64,000 nucleotides of DNA, from assembly GCA_965249105.1 (NCBI GenBank), contig OZ252219.1, positions 2,455,108-2,519,107 on the forward strand, given 5' to 3'. Shown piece after piece: positions 27,009-36,104 of the stretch. The stretch's first letter is position 1; each line of letters begins with the position of its first letter. Source of the DNA: Vicinamibacterales bacterium (GTDB lineage Bacteria; Acidobacteriota; Vicinamibacteria; Vicinamibacterales; UBA8438). The notes under the pieces are model-generated. The model was not told where the DNA came from and searched no databases. It saw nothing but the letters and a program-made list of their open reading frames with translations. Both the position numbers and the translations under genes were made by a program.

Positions 27009-27758
27009 TCAAGCGATGTCGGAGTAGAGTGTCCGCGCGCAGTCTGGACAGATTCCATGGGTGAAGTCTGCCTCAGACCGCCGGCTCACATAGGTGTCAA
27101 TCCGCTCCCACCGTCCGTCGTCATCACGGATTCTCTTGCAGGAAGCGCACATCGGCAAAAGGCCGCGGAGTGTTCTGACCTGGACCAAGGCATCCTTCAG
27201 TCGTTCCTTCTCGAGCTGGAGCTGCTCGTTCTTGGTCGCCAAGAGTCCATGGACTCGTTCCCGCGATCGCTCGTAGATCCACCCGACGAGCGTGAGAAAG
27301 AGATAGGCGACGAGAAATCTCAGGCTGTGTCCTGTCTCGTAGACATGGCCCCCGACTAGCCCCGGGGCCATCATCAGCACGGTCATACCGAAGAGGAAGA
27401 GCCCAGCCCCGATCATGCCCTCTCGTCGGCCGAGGAAAAAGCAGAGCAGCAGCGGTAGCACAGCGTGGTAGTAGAGGAGAGTCGCGCCGATCGCGGCGAG
27501 CCAGCATAGGCCAATACCTACTCCCCCCAAAACGAAGCGATAGACCCTTCGGTCTTCGATACCGAGGAGACAGGCCAGCACGGCCCCGGCGACGACCGAT
27601 GCCATGACAATGTCAGTCCACATCGCCAACACGTTGGCTCCGATGTACTCGACAATCGAGAAGCTGACCGCGAGGAGCACCGCCACGCCGGAGAGGGTGA
27701 AGAAGACCGGCCTTCGGCGCTGGGCATCCAAACTCTCAGATTCCGTATACCGCCCCAT
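27009..27758 (-). CDS. Multi-TM membrane protein with a coiled coil and C-terminal CxxC...HxxCxxC domain
   Basis: About five TM helices, then EQLQLEKERLKDAL...LRGLLPMCASCKRIRDD...FTHGICPDC. Confidence 0.75.
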   Translation of the reverse strand: MGRYTESESLDAQRRRPVFFTLSGVAVLLAVSFSIVEYIGANVLAMWTDIVMASVVAGAVLACLLGIEDRRVYRFVLGGVGIGLCWLAAIGATLLYYHAVLPLLLCFFLGRREGMIGAGLFLFGMTVLMMAPGLVGGHVYETGHSLRFLVAYLFLTLVGWIYERSRERVHGLLATKNEQLQLEKERLKDALVQVRTLRGLLPMCASCKRIRDDDGRWERIDTYVSRRSEADFTHGICPDCARTLYSDIA

Positions 27759-27852
27759 GATCAGAGTTCCAGCCAACTACGCCATGCCGTGCCAAACTGA
27801 GCACTGTAGACTAGCACTTCTCGTGTTGTATCGGCCTGGAGCCTGAACGCTC

Positions 27853-28467
27853 TTAGCCTGTTGGAACAACGCCGACACCCATGAGCGGGCGCACGGTCTT
27901 GTCACCCATTGGGACGTCGAATGCGGTTGTGACCTGAATGGCCTCCAACCCCGAACTCAACAGCGTCGCTTTCACTTGATCTCGGGTTAGCCCGAATGGT
28001 TCCTGCGTATTCGGATCGAGCTCCCAGTCCCATTGAACGAAGAGGCCTCCCGGTTTGAGTAGCTTGGCGAGCGTGTTGACGGTACCAGGATAGTCATCGA
28101 GAAAGGCGCAGACCGAGGAACAGACGACCAGGTCGAACTGGTCTGCAACGAGAGGCGCATCGCTGTCGACGACCTGCTCGACCGCCTCCGTTGTCGTCTG
28201 AACGTTGGTCAGGCCCAGACGCTCAACCTTGCGCCGCAATCGGTCGATCATCTGTTCAGACGTGTCGATTGCGACGACCGCGGCGCAGACCGGCGCGAGC
28301 TTCTCCGTGAGCAATCCGGTGCCGCACCCGAAGTCACAGATTCGGGCACCGACAAGGCGGACTGACCGCTCGGCACAGAGCCGAGTCAGGCGCTCAAACG
28401 CTGCCTGTGAGTACGCGCGCGCTCCCTCGTCGTGCTCCCAGTCCTCGGCATAGCTATCCCAACTCAT
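27853..28467 (-). CDS. Class I SAM-dependent methyltransferase
   Basis: ICDFGCGTG motif I, VAIDTS, FDLVV, LLKPGG. Confidence 0.92.
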   Translation of the reverse strand: MSWDSYAEDWEHDEGARAYSQAAFERLTRLCAERSVRLVGARICDFGCGTGLLTEKLAPVCAAVVAIDTSEQMIDRLRRKVERLGLTNVQTTTEAVEQVVDSDAPLVADQFDLVVCSSVCAFLDDYPGTVNTLAKLLKPGGLFVQWDWELDPNTQEPFGLTRDQVKATLLSSGLEAIQVTTAFDVPMGDKTVRPLMGVGVVPTG

Positions 28468-28542
28468 GCGGTTACGATACGACGGTTCCAGTGGAGTAAC
28501 GACTTGGGTTGATCTAGGGCTGCGCCACGTGAGCCATCTCGA

Positions 28543-28781
28543 CTATCGTCGTCCGTCTGGATGCCGAACCATCCACGGATGGTGCTCACCCGGTGGCAGC
28601 GCCAACAGCTCGGTCACCCAATCCGCAACCGGGTAGTCATCGACCTCGCGGTACTGGAGCGTGATGTCAGGCCGGCCGCACGAGCTGTAGATGACGACCG
28701 AGAACAGGCAGGCGCAACCCAGGAGATGAGTTGGCATCGAAACACCTAGCGCCAGCTGAGCAGGAACGTTGCGGCGTGCAT
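28543..28781 (-). pseudogene. Probable degraded small exported protein
   Basis: A strong GGAGGTG RBS precedes ATG 28781, but that frame stops after 11 codons. A 1-nt shift gives LALGVS-MPTHLLGC..., joining ORF 28543-28737. Confidence 0.35.
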
Positions 28782-28816
28782 GTCACCTCCACTTGGGGCG
28801 GGGTTCTCATGCGAGC

Positions 28817-29884
28817 CTATCTCAGACTGAAGAACAATTCGAGGACCACGGCCACGGCGACCGGTGTCCCGAAACGAGTGCCCGGCGCGAAACGCCACTG
28901 GCGAGCCGCCTTGCGCGCCTCGTCATCGAGGCCGAAGACACGGTCCAAGGACTTGATGACCGTCACGTCTCCAACTGTGCCGTTGGGTAGCACCACGACC
29001 TCGAGCTGGACAGTGCCTTGGACCTTGGCTCGCATCGCCTCTGCGGTGTAGTCGGGTCTGACTTCCCGCAGAACCTCAGGGTTCTCGATACCCGAACCAG
29101 GCCGATAGACGCCACCGCCCACACCACCACCTTCCCCTGGGCCCAGTCCCGGACCATCGCCTGGGCCAATCCCCGTGCCCGTGCCGGTCCCGCCCCCACC
29201 ACCGGAGCCAGCCCCCTGAGACAGGCTGTCTCGCGCCGCCTCGATATGGTCCATCACACCCGGCAAGGTCTGGAGCGCCGCCGCCGCCGTCACCGCCGGG
29301 ATGTTCAGCCGCGCCGGCTCCACCGTTTCCGGTTCGACCTCCGGCTGCACGAAGTCCGGCTCGGGCTCGACGGGGATGCTCAGCTCAGCCTCATCGGGGC
29401 CCTCCAGCTCGACCGGCCGCGGGACCTCGATCGACAGATTGCCCCCGCCCCCGCCACCGCCACCCGGGCCTTCCTCCGGCAACCACACGATGCCGTAGTT
29501 CTCCCGATTGGGCTGAACCACCTCGTAGACCCGCTCCGGCGCCAGGCTGATCAGCAACACGATCAGACCGACCCCGACGACGTGGCTGGCCGCCGCCGCT
29601 GCCACCGACGGGCCCATCCGATCCCGGGTCGCGCCCAGCTGAAACGCCACATCCTGCGGCGCCAGTGTGTCGGGCAGGATCGACAACTCCCCGAGGCTCG
29701 AGAGGGTGTCTCCCTCCCCGCGCGGTTGGGGAATCAAACGCCGTGCACTCGCCGCCGCCACCCCCGCCGCCGCCTTCGCCTTCGCCGCGACCCGCTCCCG
29801 CTTGCGCCGCTGCCGACGCTCTTCGGGCGAGCGATACGGCGTCGTATCCGGCCGAAACGGAAGCTGCCCTAGTTCGAGACTCAT
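28817..29884 (-). CDS. Energy transducer TonB family protein
   Basis: TM anchor, Pro/Gly-rich linker, PDYTAEAMRAKVQGTVQLEVVVLPNGTV...ARQWRFAPG TonB_C domain. Confidence 0.92.
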   Translation of the reverse strand: MSLELGQLPFRPDTTPYRSPEERRQRRKRERVAAKAKAAAGVAAASARRLIPQPRGEGDTLSSLGELSILPDTLAPQDVAFQLGATRDRMGPSVAAAAASHVVGVGLIVLLISLAPERVYEVVQPNRENYGIVWLPEEGPGGGGGGGGNLSIEVPRPVELEGPDEAELSIPVEPEPDFVQPEVEPETVEPARLNIPAVTAAAALQTLPGVMDHIEAARDSLSQGAGSGGGGGTGTGTGIGPGDGPGLGPGEGGGVGGGVYRPGSGIENPEVLREVRPDYTAEAMRAKVQGTVQLEVVVLPNGTVGDVTVIKSLDRVFGLDDEARKAARQWRFAPGTRFGTPVAVAVVLELFFSLR

Positions 29885-30076
29885 ACCCAGTGCCCGCTAG
29901 AGCGGCAACTGCAAGGTGCATACCGGGCAGTAGTCGCGATCGTCCCCGATTAGTCGGGCCATTCCTGCGAAAAAGAGCTCGTGCCGGCACACCGACAGAA
30001 CGGGGTGTCCTCTTGAGATACCAGTCAAGGGCGGAGTCACTCGGGAAACTCGAGCCGGACTACACTTGTCGCCGTT

Positions 30077-31933
30077 GTGGACCATCCGGCCGCGTCGCAA
30101 GCAAGCCACCGCACAACGACCGACCGAGTGAGGCACCTTCTCGCTCAACAGAAGGTGATCGTCGTGGCGACTCTCGCCGGGTTGATCTTGACGTTGCCGG
30201 CACTCCGGATTGGTTGGCAACTCGACGATATCCTGCACCGCGTTGCCTTCCTTGAGCTTCCCGGAGTGCTCGTTCCCCCAGCGCGCGTGTTCTCCTTCGT
30301 CACCGGCGATCCCGCTTCCACCCGCGAACTTGTCGAGCAGGGAATCTTTCCCTGGTGGGCGGTCGAAGACCTCCGTCTCAAGTTCTGGCGCCCGATCAGC
30401 GTGTTCACTCACTGGCTCGACTATCGGCTGTGGCCGATGAGCGCACCGCTAATGCATGTCCACAGCCTCGTGTGGCTGGGGCTGGCGGTGTTTGCGGTCG
30501 GGGTGCTGTACCGGAGACTCATCGGGGTCGCCTGGATCGCCGGCTTGGCCATCATGCTCTTCGCGCTGGACGATGCGCACGCGCATCCAGCCGCCTGGCT
30601 GGCCAATCGAAGTGCGCTGGTGGCGTTGACCTTCGGGACGATGTCACTCGTCATGCACGACAAGTGGCGCCGAACTGGATGGCAACCAGGTGTCTGGGTG
30701 TCCCCCCTCTGTTTAGGGCTAGCACTCGCGTCAGCCGAGTTTGGTGCTGGTGCCCTCGCCTATCTCATCAGCTACACGTTCTTTGTTGAGAGCGGCGGTT
30801 GGCGGAAGAGGTCGATGGCACTGGCGCCGCATGCCGCGGTACTGCTTGGCTACGCCGTGTTCTACCAGCAGCTTGGCTACGGGACGGAGGGGTCCGGGTT
30901 CTACGTTGATCCACTGCGGGAGCCCCTGGCCTTTATCGGCGTGCTGTTTGAGCGAGCGCCCATACTGCTTGCCGGACAGTGGGGACCCCTGCCCGCAGAT
31001 GGCTATGGGTCGCTCGATGGTGCCGAGGCCGTCGCGTTGTGGGGGGCCAGCGTCGGACTGTTGACGCTGCTGTCTGTCGCGCTCGTGCCTCTGATCCGCG
31101 CGTCCCACACCGCGCGATTCTGGGCGGGCGGCATGGCGCTGAGTCTGGTACCCATCGCCGCGACGGCGCCGTCGAACCGACTGCTTCTCTTCGTGGGCAT
31201 CGGTAGCATGGCGCTCCTGGCCGAGTGGCTTACTGGACTCCTCAGTCGATCCGCTTGGACTCCTTCATCGAGGATCTGGCGGGCCTTTGCCTGGACGCTG
31301 GTCGCTGTCTTGGTTCCTGTCCACCTCGTCGTCGCGTCCTTGCTTCGACCGCTCAGCACCCATGCGGTCGCGGTCGTTGGAGAGCCCGTGAAGGCCGCTG
31401 TCGCCAGTATCCCGACCGACCGGTTGCTGCGAGAGCAGGACCTCGTGATTGTCAACACCCCAGACCACTTCCTGTTCGTGAGCCACATCACGGCGGTCAA
31501 GCAGCTCGAGGGGCACCCCATACCACGCCGTGTGCGAGGCCTTATTGGCGCCCCCGTCGCCATCGCGCTGACCCGTATCGACCCGCACTCGCTGCGCGCA
31601 CGCATGGACGATGGACTCATGAAGGGCGGGCTCGGCGCACTATTCAGAGGACCGAATAGCCCGCTCAAGATCGGGGACCAGATAGCGCTCGAAGGGATGA
31701 CCGTACGGATTGAGGCGCTGACCGCCGACCAACGACCGCGGGTGGTCGTTTTTCGCTTCGACCGCACCCTCGAGGATCCATCTTTGCGGTGGCTGTCCTG
31801 GCGAGACGGCGTCTTCGTCCCCTTCACACCGCCTCGGCTCGGCGAAACGATTCGGCTTCCCAGAACCGTCGGTCCGCTCGACATGCCACCCGCCGAGATG
31901 GTCGAGAACTACTTGAAGCTCCCTACCAGGTGA
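30077..31933 (+). CDS. Polytopic membrane protein, possible GT-C fold glycosyltransferase
   Basis: Acidic DD pair after the first TM (WQLDD), WRPISV, HVHSL, about 11-12 TM helices and a soluble C-domain. Confidence 0.55.
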   Translation: MDHPAASQASHRTTTDRVRHLLAQQKVIVVATLAGLILTLPALRIGWQLDDILHRVAFLELPGVLVPPARVFSFVTGDPASTRELVEQGIFPWWAVEDLRLKFWRPISVFTHWLDYRLWPMSAPLMHVHSLVWLGLAVFAVGVLYRRLIGVAWIAGLAIMLFALDDAHAHPAAWLANRSALVALTFGTMSLVMHDKWRRTGWQPGVWVSPLCLGLALASAEFGAGALAYLISYTFFVESGGWRKRSMALAPHAAVLLGYAVFYQQLGYGTEGSGFYVDPLREPLAFIGVLFERAPILLAGQWGPLPADGYGSLDGAEAVALWGASVGLLTLLSVALVPLIRASHTARFWAGGMALSLVPIAATAPSNRLLLFVGIGSMALLAEWLTGLLSRSAWTPSSRIWRAFAWTLVAVLVPVHLVVASLLRPLSTHAVAVVGEPVKAAVASIPTDRLLREQDLVIVNTPDHFLFVSHITAVKQLEGHPIPRRVRGLIGAPVAIALTRIDPHSLRARMDDGLMKGGLGALFRGPNSPLKIGDQIALEGMTVRIEALTADQRPRVVVFRFDRTLEDPSLRWLSWRDGVFVPFTPPRLGETIRLPRTVGPLDMPPAEMVENYLKLPTR

Positions 31934-31973
31934 GGCGACCAGCCACCGCGGACAAATGGGTCGAAAAAGAGAG

Positions 31974-32012
31974 TTGACATCACCAGCCTTAAGATGCATA
32001 CTAGTCGGTATG
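31974..32012 (+). promoter_or_regulatory. tetR promoter and operator 1
   Basis: TTGACA (31974-31979), 17 nt, then CATACT (31997-32002). The dyad CATAC-TAGTCG-GTATG (31997-32012) covers the -10. Confidence 0.8.
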
Positions 32013-32038
32013 TTATTGTGGATTCAGGGGGCGAACCG

Positions 32039-32656
32039 GTGACACGAGCCCCCCACGCCACTCGCCAGAGGATCTTGCAGGCTGCTGGAGCGGAAATCCA
32101 CCGACGCGGCTTCCGGAACGCCAGCATCGACCAGATTCTGTCTGAGACCGGTTTGACCAAGGGAGCGCTCTATCACCACTTCCCCACCAAGGCTGAGCTG
32201 GGCTACGCGGTGATCGACGAGGTGATCAACTCCTGGGCGCTGAGCCAGTGGGTCGAGCCGATGGAGCGTTCTGACAATCCGATAGATGGTCTCCTTCAGG
32301 CCCTTCAGGACCTCTCGGCTGAGGAGGTGGAGATGGTCTGCGACTGTGGCTGCCCCCTAAATAACCTGGCGCAGGAAATGTCCTCGGTCGACGAAACGTT
32401 CCGTCAGAAGCTGGCTGGCGTCTATGGGAATCTGACGGAGCGCATGGCGGACGCACTCTTGAGAGGGCAAGGTGCCGGTTTCGTTTCCCGCGACCTGGAC
32501 TGCCGGCAGGCAGCGGTCTTCCTGGTGGCCACACTGGAAGGCGCCGCCGGCGCGACCAAGAACGCCCAGGATCCGGCGATCCTGGTGGCTTGCCGTGAAG
32601 GAATCGTCCGCTACCTCGAATCTCTCCGGGCACCGGTGCTCGCGCCGGTGTCGTAA
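32039..32656 (+). CDS. TetR/AcrR-family regulator
   Basis: TRQRILQAA...GFRNASIDQIL...GLTKGALYHHFPTKAELG; GCPLNNLAQEMS. Start moved to GTG 32039 because ATG 31994 lies inside the promoter. Confidence 0.92.
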   Translation: MTRAPHATRQRILQAAGAEIHRRGFRNASIDQILSETGLTKGALYHHFPTKAELGYAVIDEVINSWALSQWVEPMERSDNPIDGLLQALQDLSAEEVEMVCDCGCPLNNLAQEMSSVDETFRQKLAGVYGNLTERMADALLRGQGAGFVSRDLDCRQAAVFLVATLEGAAGATKNAQDPAILVACREGIVRYLESLRAPVLAPVS

Positions 32657-32712
32657 CGCTCTCCGAATAGCATGGAACCACTCATCAGGCCCAGTCGTCT
32701 ATCTAGTCATAC

Positions 32713-32728
32713 CATACCAACTAGTATG
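32713..32728. promoter_or_regulatory. TetR operator 2 upstream of the MMPL gene
   Basis: CATACCAACTAGTATG is the reverse complement of operator 1 with one mismatch. Confidence 0.75.
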
Positions 32729-32789
32729 AATGTTTCTCCTCTCACTCGAGACAAGGATCCGCAGCGTCGCAGTATCAAGGAGCATCGCC

Positions 32790-35700
32790 ATGAGTTCTGA
32801 TAAACCCAGTTTCACTGATCGGTTGGCCGTGCGTCTCGGCCATTTCGTCACACAGCGGCCGTGGGTGGCCATCGTTGCCACGCTCCTCCTGGCGCTTGGC
32901 GCCAGCAGCGGGGCCCGCTTCCTAGCCCTTTCAAACAACTACCGCGTCTTCTTCAGCCCCGACAATCCTGAACTGGTAGCGTTCGATGACTTCCAGAATA
33001 CCTACACGAAGAACGACAACATCCTCTTCGTGATCCAGCCCGCCGAGGGGGAGATCTTCGAGCCCGAGACGATCGATGCGATCGAGTGGCTTACGGCGGA
33101 GTCCTGGAAAATACCCTACGCCATTCGCGTGGACTCGGTGACCAACTTCCAATACTCGTGGGCCAACGAAGATGACCTCACTGTGGAAGACCTCGTGCGC
33201 GACGGTATCTCCTTGGAACCAGCCGAACTGGAGCGCCGCCGTGACATCGCGCTAGCCGAGCCGCTCCTGCGCGGCAACCTCATCTCTCCGGATGCTCGCA
33301 CCACCGGCGTCAACGTCACGATCCAGTTCCCGGAAGAGAGCTTGGCCGAAGTGCCGGCAGCGGCGGGACATGCCCGTGACCTTGTGCGCCAGCTGGGCGA
33401 CAGCCACCCCGGCCTCACGGTGGCGCTGTCCGGGGTCTCGATGCTCAACAACGCCTTCGCCGAAACCGGCCAGAGCGACGCCATGACGCTCATGCCAGGC
33501 ATGTTCCTCGTCCTGGTCGTCTTCATGGTCATCGTCTTGCGGAGTGCCGTCGCGTCAGCCGGCACGCTGTCGGTGGTCGTCCTATCGGCCATCAGCGCCT
33601 TGGGCCTCGCGGGGTATGTCGGCGTAGCACTCGATCCGATCTCCCTCACGGCCCCGATCATCATCATGACGCTCGGGATCGCCGACGGCATCCATCTCAT
33701 CGTGACGGTCCTGGTCCTGATGCGCGCCGGCATGGACAAGCGTGCCGCGATCCGCGAGAGCCTTCGGATCAACTTCCTGCCGGTGGTGATCACCAGCCTC
33801 ACGACCGTCATCGGATTCCTGAGCCTCAATTTCTCCGATTCGCCGCCCTTCTGGTATTTGGGCAATATCACCGCGGTGGGCGTCGTCGCCGCGCTCGTAT
33901 ACTCGGTCGTCTTCCTACCCGCTTTCCTGAGTGTCGCGCCGCTCACGGTGAAGGGCAGATCAGGCGGACGCGCCGACGCGTCGGACGTCCTCGGCTCGAT
34001 GGCCGACTGGGTCACGGCCCGTTACCGACTCGTGCTTGGAGTGGTGGGCACGGCGACGATCGTCCTTGTCGCCTTCGTGCCCACCATCGATCTCAACGAC
34101 GAGTGGGTGAAGTATTTCGACCACCGGATCCCATTCCGTGGCGATGCGGAGTGGGGCATGGAGAACCTCAACGGGATCTATCTACTGGAGTTCTCCGTCG
34201 GAGCCGAGGGTCCCGAAGACATCAGCGACCCCGACTACCTGCACCAGCTCGATCGGTTCACCGACTGGTTGCGTGCGCAACCAGAGGTGACCCACGTCTA
34301 TAGCTATACGGACGTCATCAAGCGGTTGAACAAGAACATGCACGCAGACGATCCTACGTGGTACCGGATGCCCGAGGAGCGGGAGCTCGCGGCCCAGTAC
34401 CTCCTGCTCTACGAGCTGTCGTTACCGTATGGACTTGATCTCAACGACCGTATCAGCATCGACAAGTCGGCCACGCGCGTGACGGCGACCGTGGGCGACC
34501 GGTCGACGGTGGAGTTCCGGGCGGTGTTGGGACGAGCGAGAGACTGGCTTCGCGCAGAAACTCCGCAGTACATGTGGGCGGAGCCTACGGGCGCCTCGGT
34601 GCTCTTTGCCTACATCTCTGAGCGCAACATCAGAAGCATGCTCGGAGGCAACCTCGTGGCAGTACTACTCATTGCGGGGGTGCTGATCATCGCCCTGCGG
34701 AGCGTCGGACTCGGAACCCTCAGTCTCGTCCCCAATCTCGTCCCGATCCTCATGGCCTTCGGTATCTGGGCGCTGGTCGTGCGCCAAGTGGGGATGGCTG
34801 CGGCAACGGTGTCAGCAACGTCGCTTGGCATTGTCGTTGACGACTCCGTCCACTTCCTCACCAAGTACCTCCGGGCACGCCGAGAGAAGGGCTATGACCG
34901 GCCGGCCGCTATCCGTAGTGCCTTCGAAACCGTCGGGGTCGCGATCATCAGCACGACCGTGATTCTCTCCTTCGGCTTTGGGGTCCTCGCCTTCTCGGCC
35001 TTCCGAATCAACGCCCAAATGGGCCTGCTCACCATGCTGACGATCATCCTCGCGCTAGCCACTGACCTGATTCTGCTCCCGGCGCTCTTGATGGTTGGCC
35101 ATCGCGGATCTGACAAGGAGAAAACCGTCATGAAGGAAACAGCCGTTACCTCAATCGCCCCCTCGGCCTCCGTCGGCAGCATCGGCGTGGTCCTGCTCGT
35201 CGCCGGCCTACTGGGGTTCACCACGTTCGGATCAACGTTGGCCGCCGCCTCGAACACTCCGAGCGAGAACCCGCGGGAGGGAGCTGGCCTTGCGCAGACC
35301 ATCGGGGAGGAACTGTCTCCCGAGGAGCGTGGCTGGGCGATCGCCGCTCGCTCTGACCGCAGCGACCGCGGCTTCGCCGACAGCCTCGTGGATATGCGAA
35401 TGGTCCTGCGTAACGCGGCCGGCAAGGAGAGCGGCCGCAGACTCTCGCTCAGCACACTGGAGATGCCAGATGAGGGTGTCGGTGACAGGAGCCTCATCGT
35501 GTTCGACAGACCGGCTGACATCGAAGGCACGGCGTTGCTGTCACATGCCAAGATCCTCGAGCCCGACGACCAATGGCTCTACCTGCCGGCCCTCAAGCGA
35601 GTCAAGCGGATCTCATCGGTCAACAAGTCAGGTCCGTTCGTAGGCAGCGAGTTCGCCTTCGAGGACTTTACGGCCCTTGAACTCGAGAAATACGACTACC

Positions 35701-36041
35701 GGTACCTTCGAGGTGAGGCCTGTGGCGACCTCGCCTGCGATGTGGTTGAGCAAACCCCTCGCTATGAGCATTCTGGATACACGAAGCAGGTCACCTGGAT
35801 TGACCAAGAGGCGTTTCAGGTCAGGAAGGTTGAGTTCTACGACCGGCGGGGTGATCTCCTGAAGACGCTCGTGCTCGACGACTATCGGCTCTATGACGGC
35901 GCCTACTGGCGGGCGCATCGGTTTTCCATGGTCAACCACCAAACGAAGAAGGAGACCGATCTCCTCTACGAAGAGTACCGATTCGGCGTTGGTGTCAAGG
36001 AGTCGGACTTTGTCCGGGGAGCATTGCAGCGCGTTCGCTGA
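32790..36041 (+). CDS. MMPL/RND-family transporter fused in frame to a LolA-like outer-membrane lipoprotein-sorting protein
   Basis: Two TM-periplasm repeats with GIADGIH / GIVVDDSVH. An internal AAGGAG RBS and ATG 35130 start a second signal peptide and WLYLPALKRVKRISS...GSEFAFEDF LolA-like domain. Confidence 0.85.
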   Translation: MSSDKPSFTDRLAVRLGHFVTQRPWVAIVATLLLALGASSGARFLALSNNYRVFFSPDNPELVAFDDFQNTYTKNDNILFVIQPAEGEIFEPETIDAIEWLTAESWKIPYAIRVDSVTNFQYSWANEDDLTVEDLVRDGISLEPAELERRRDIALAEPLLRGNLISPDARTTGVNVTIQFPEESLAEVPAAAGHARDLVRQLGDSHPGLTVALSGVSMLNNAFAETGQSDAMTLMPGMFLVLVVFMVIVLRSAVASAGTLSVVVLSAISALGLAGYVGVALDPISLTAPIIIMTLGIADGIHLIVTVLVLMRAGMDKRAAIRESLRINFLPVVITSLTTVIGFLSLNFSDSPPFWYLGNITAVGVVAALVYSVVFLPAFLSVAPLTVKGRSGGRADASDVLGSMADWVTARYRLVLGVVGTATIVLVAFVPTIDLNDEWVKYFDHRIPFRGDAEWGMENLNGIYLLEFSVGAEGPEDISDPDYLHQLDRFTDWLRAQPEVTHVYSYTDVIKRLNKNMHADDPTWYRMPEERELAAQYLLLYELSLPYGLDLNDRISIDKSATRVTATVGDRSTVEFRAVLGRARDWLRAETPQYMWAEPTGASVLFAYISERNIRSMLGGNLVAVLLIAGVLIIALRSVGLGTLSLVPNLVPILMAFGIWALVVRQVGMAAATVSATSLGIVVDDSVHFLTKYLRARREKGYDRPAAIRSAFETVGVAIISTTVILSFGFGVLAFSAFRINAQMGLLTMLTIILALATDLILLPALLMVGHRGSDKEKTVMKETAVTSIAPSASVGSIGVVLLVAGLLGFTTFGSTLAAASNTPSENPREGAGLAQTIGEELSPEERGWAIAARSDRSDRGFADSLVDMRMVLRNAAGKESGRRLSLSTLEMPDEGVGDRSLIVFDRPADIEGTALLSHAKILEPDDQWLYLPALKRVKRISSVNKSGPFVGSEFAFEDFTALELEKYDYRYLRGEACGDLACDVVEQTPRYEHSGYTKQVTWIDQEAFQVRKVEFYDRRGDLLKTLVLDDYRLYDGAYWRAHRFSMVNHQTKKETDLLYEEYRFGVGVKESDFVRGALQRVR

Positions 36042-36052
36042 ACATGACCGAG

Positions 36053-36087
36053 CCGTGAACCGTGCACCGTGAACCGTGAACGACGAA
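36053..36087 (+). repeat. Short heptamer tandem repeat (CCGTGAA)n
   Basis: CCGTGAA CCGTGCA CCGTGAA CCGTGAA CGACGAA in the intergenic gap. Confidence 0.7.
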
Positions 36088-36104
36088 GCGCAACGCGAAG
36101 CCCG

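Noticed and set aside
29130-29470. Gly-rich low-complexity tracts in TonB (and at 37318-37400 in DUF2207)
   Set aside because: These are normal features of both protein families, not DNA repeats.
29897-30076. Cys-containing tail (…DYCPVCTLQLPL) of ORF 29897-30412 as a small zinc-binding protein
   Set aside because: Most of the ORF is antisense to the 618-aa gene, and no convincing start or RBS exists in the free part.
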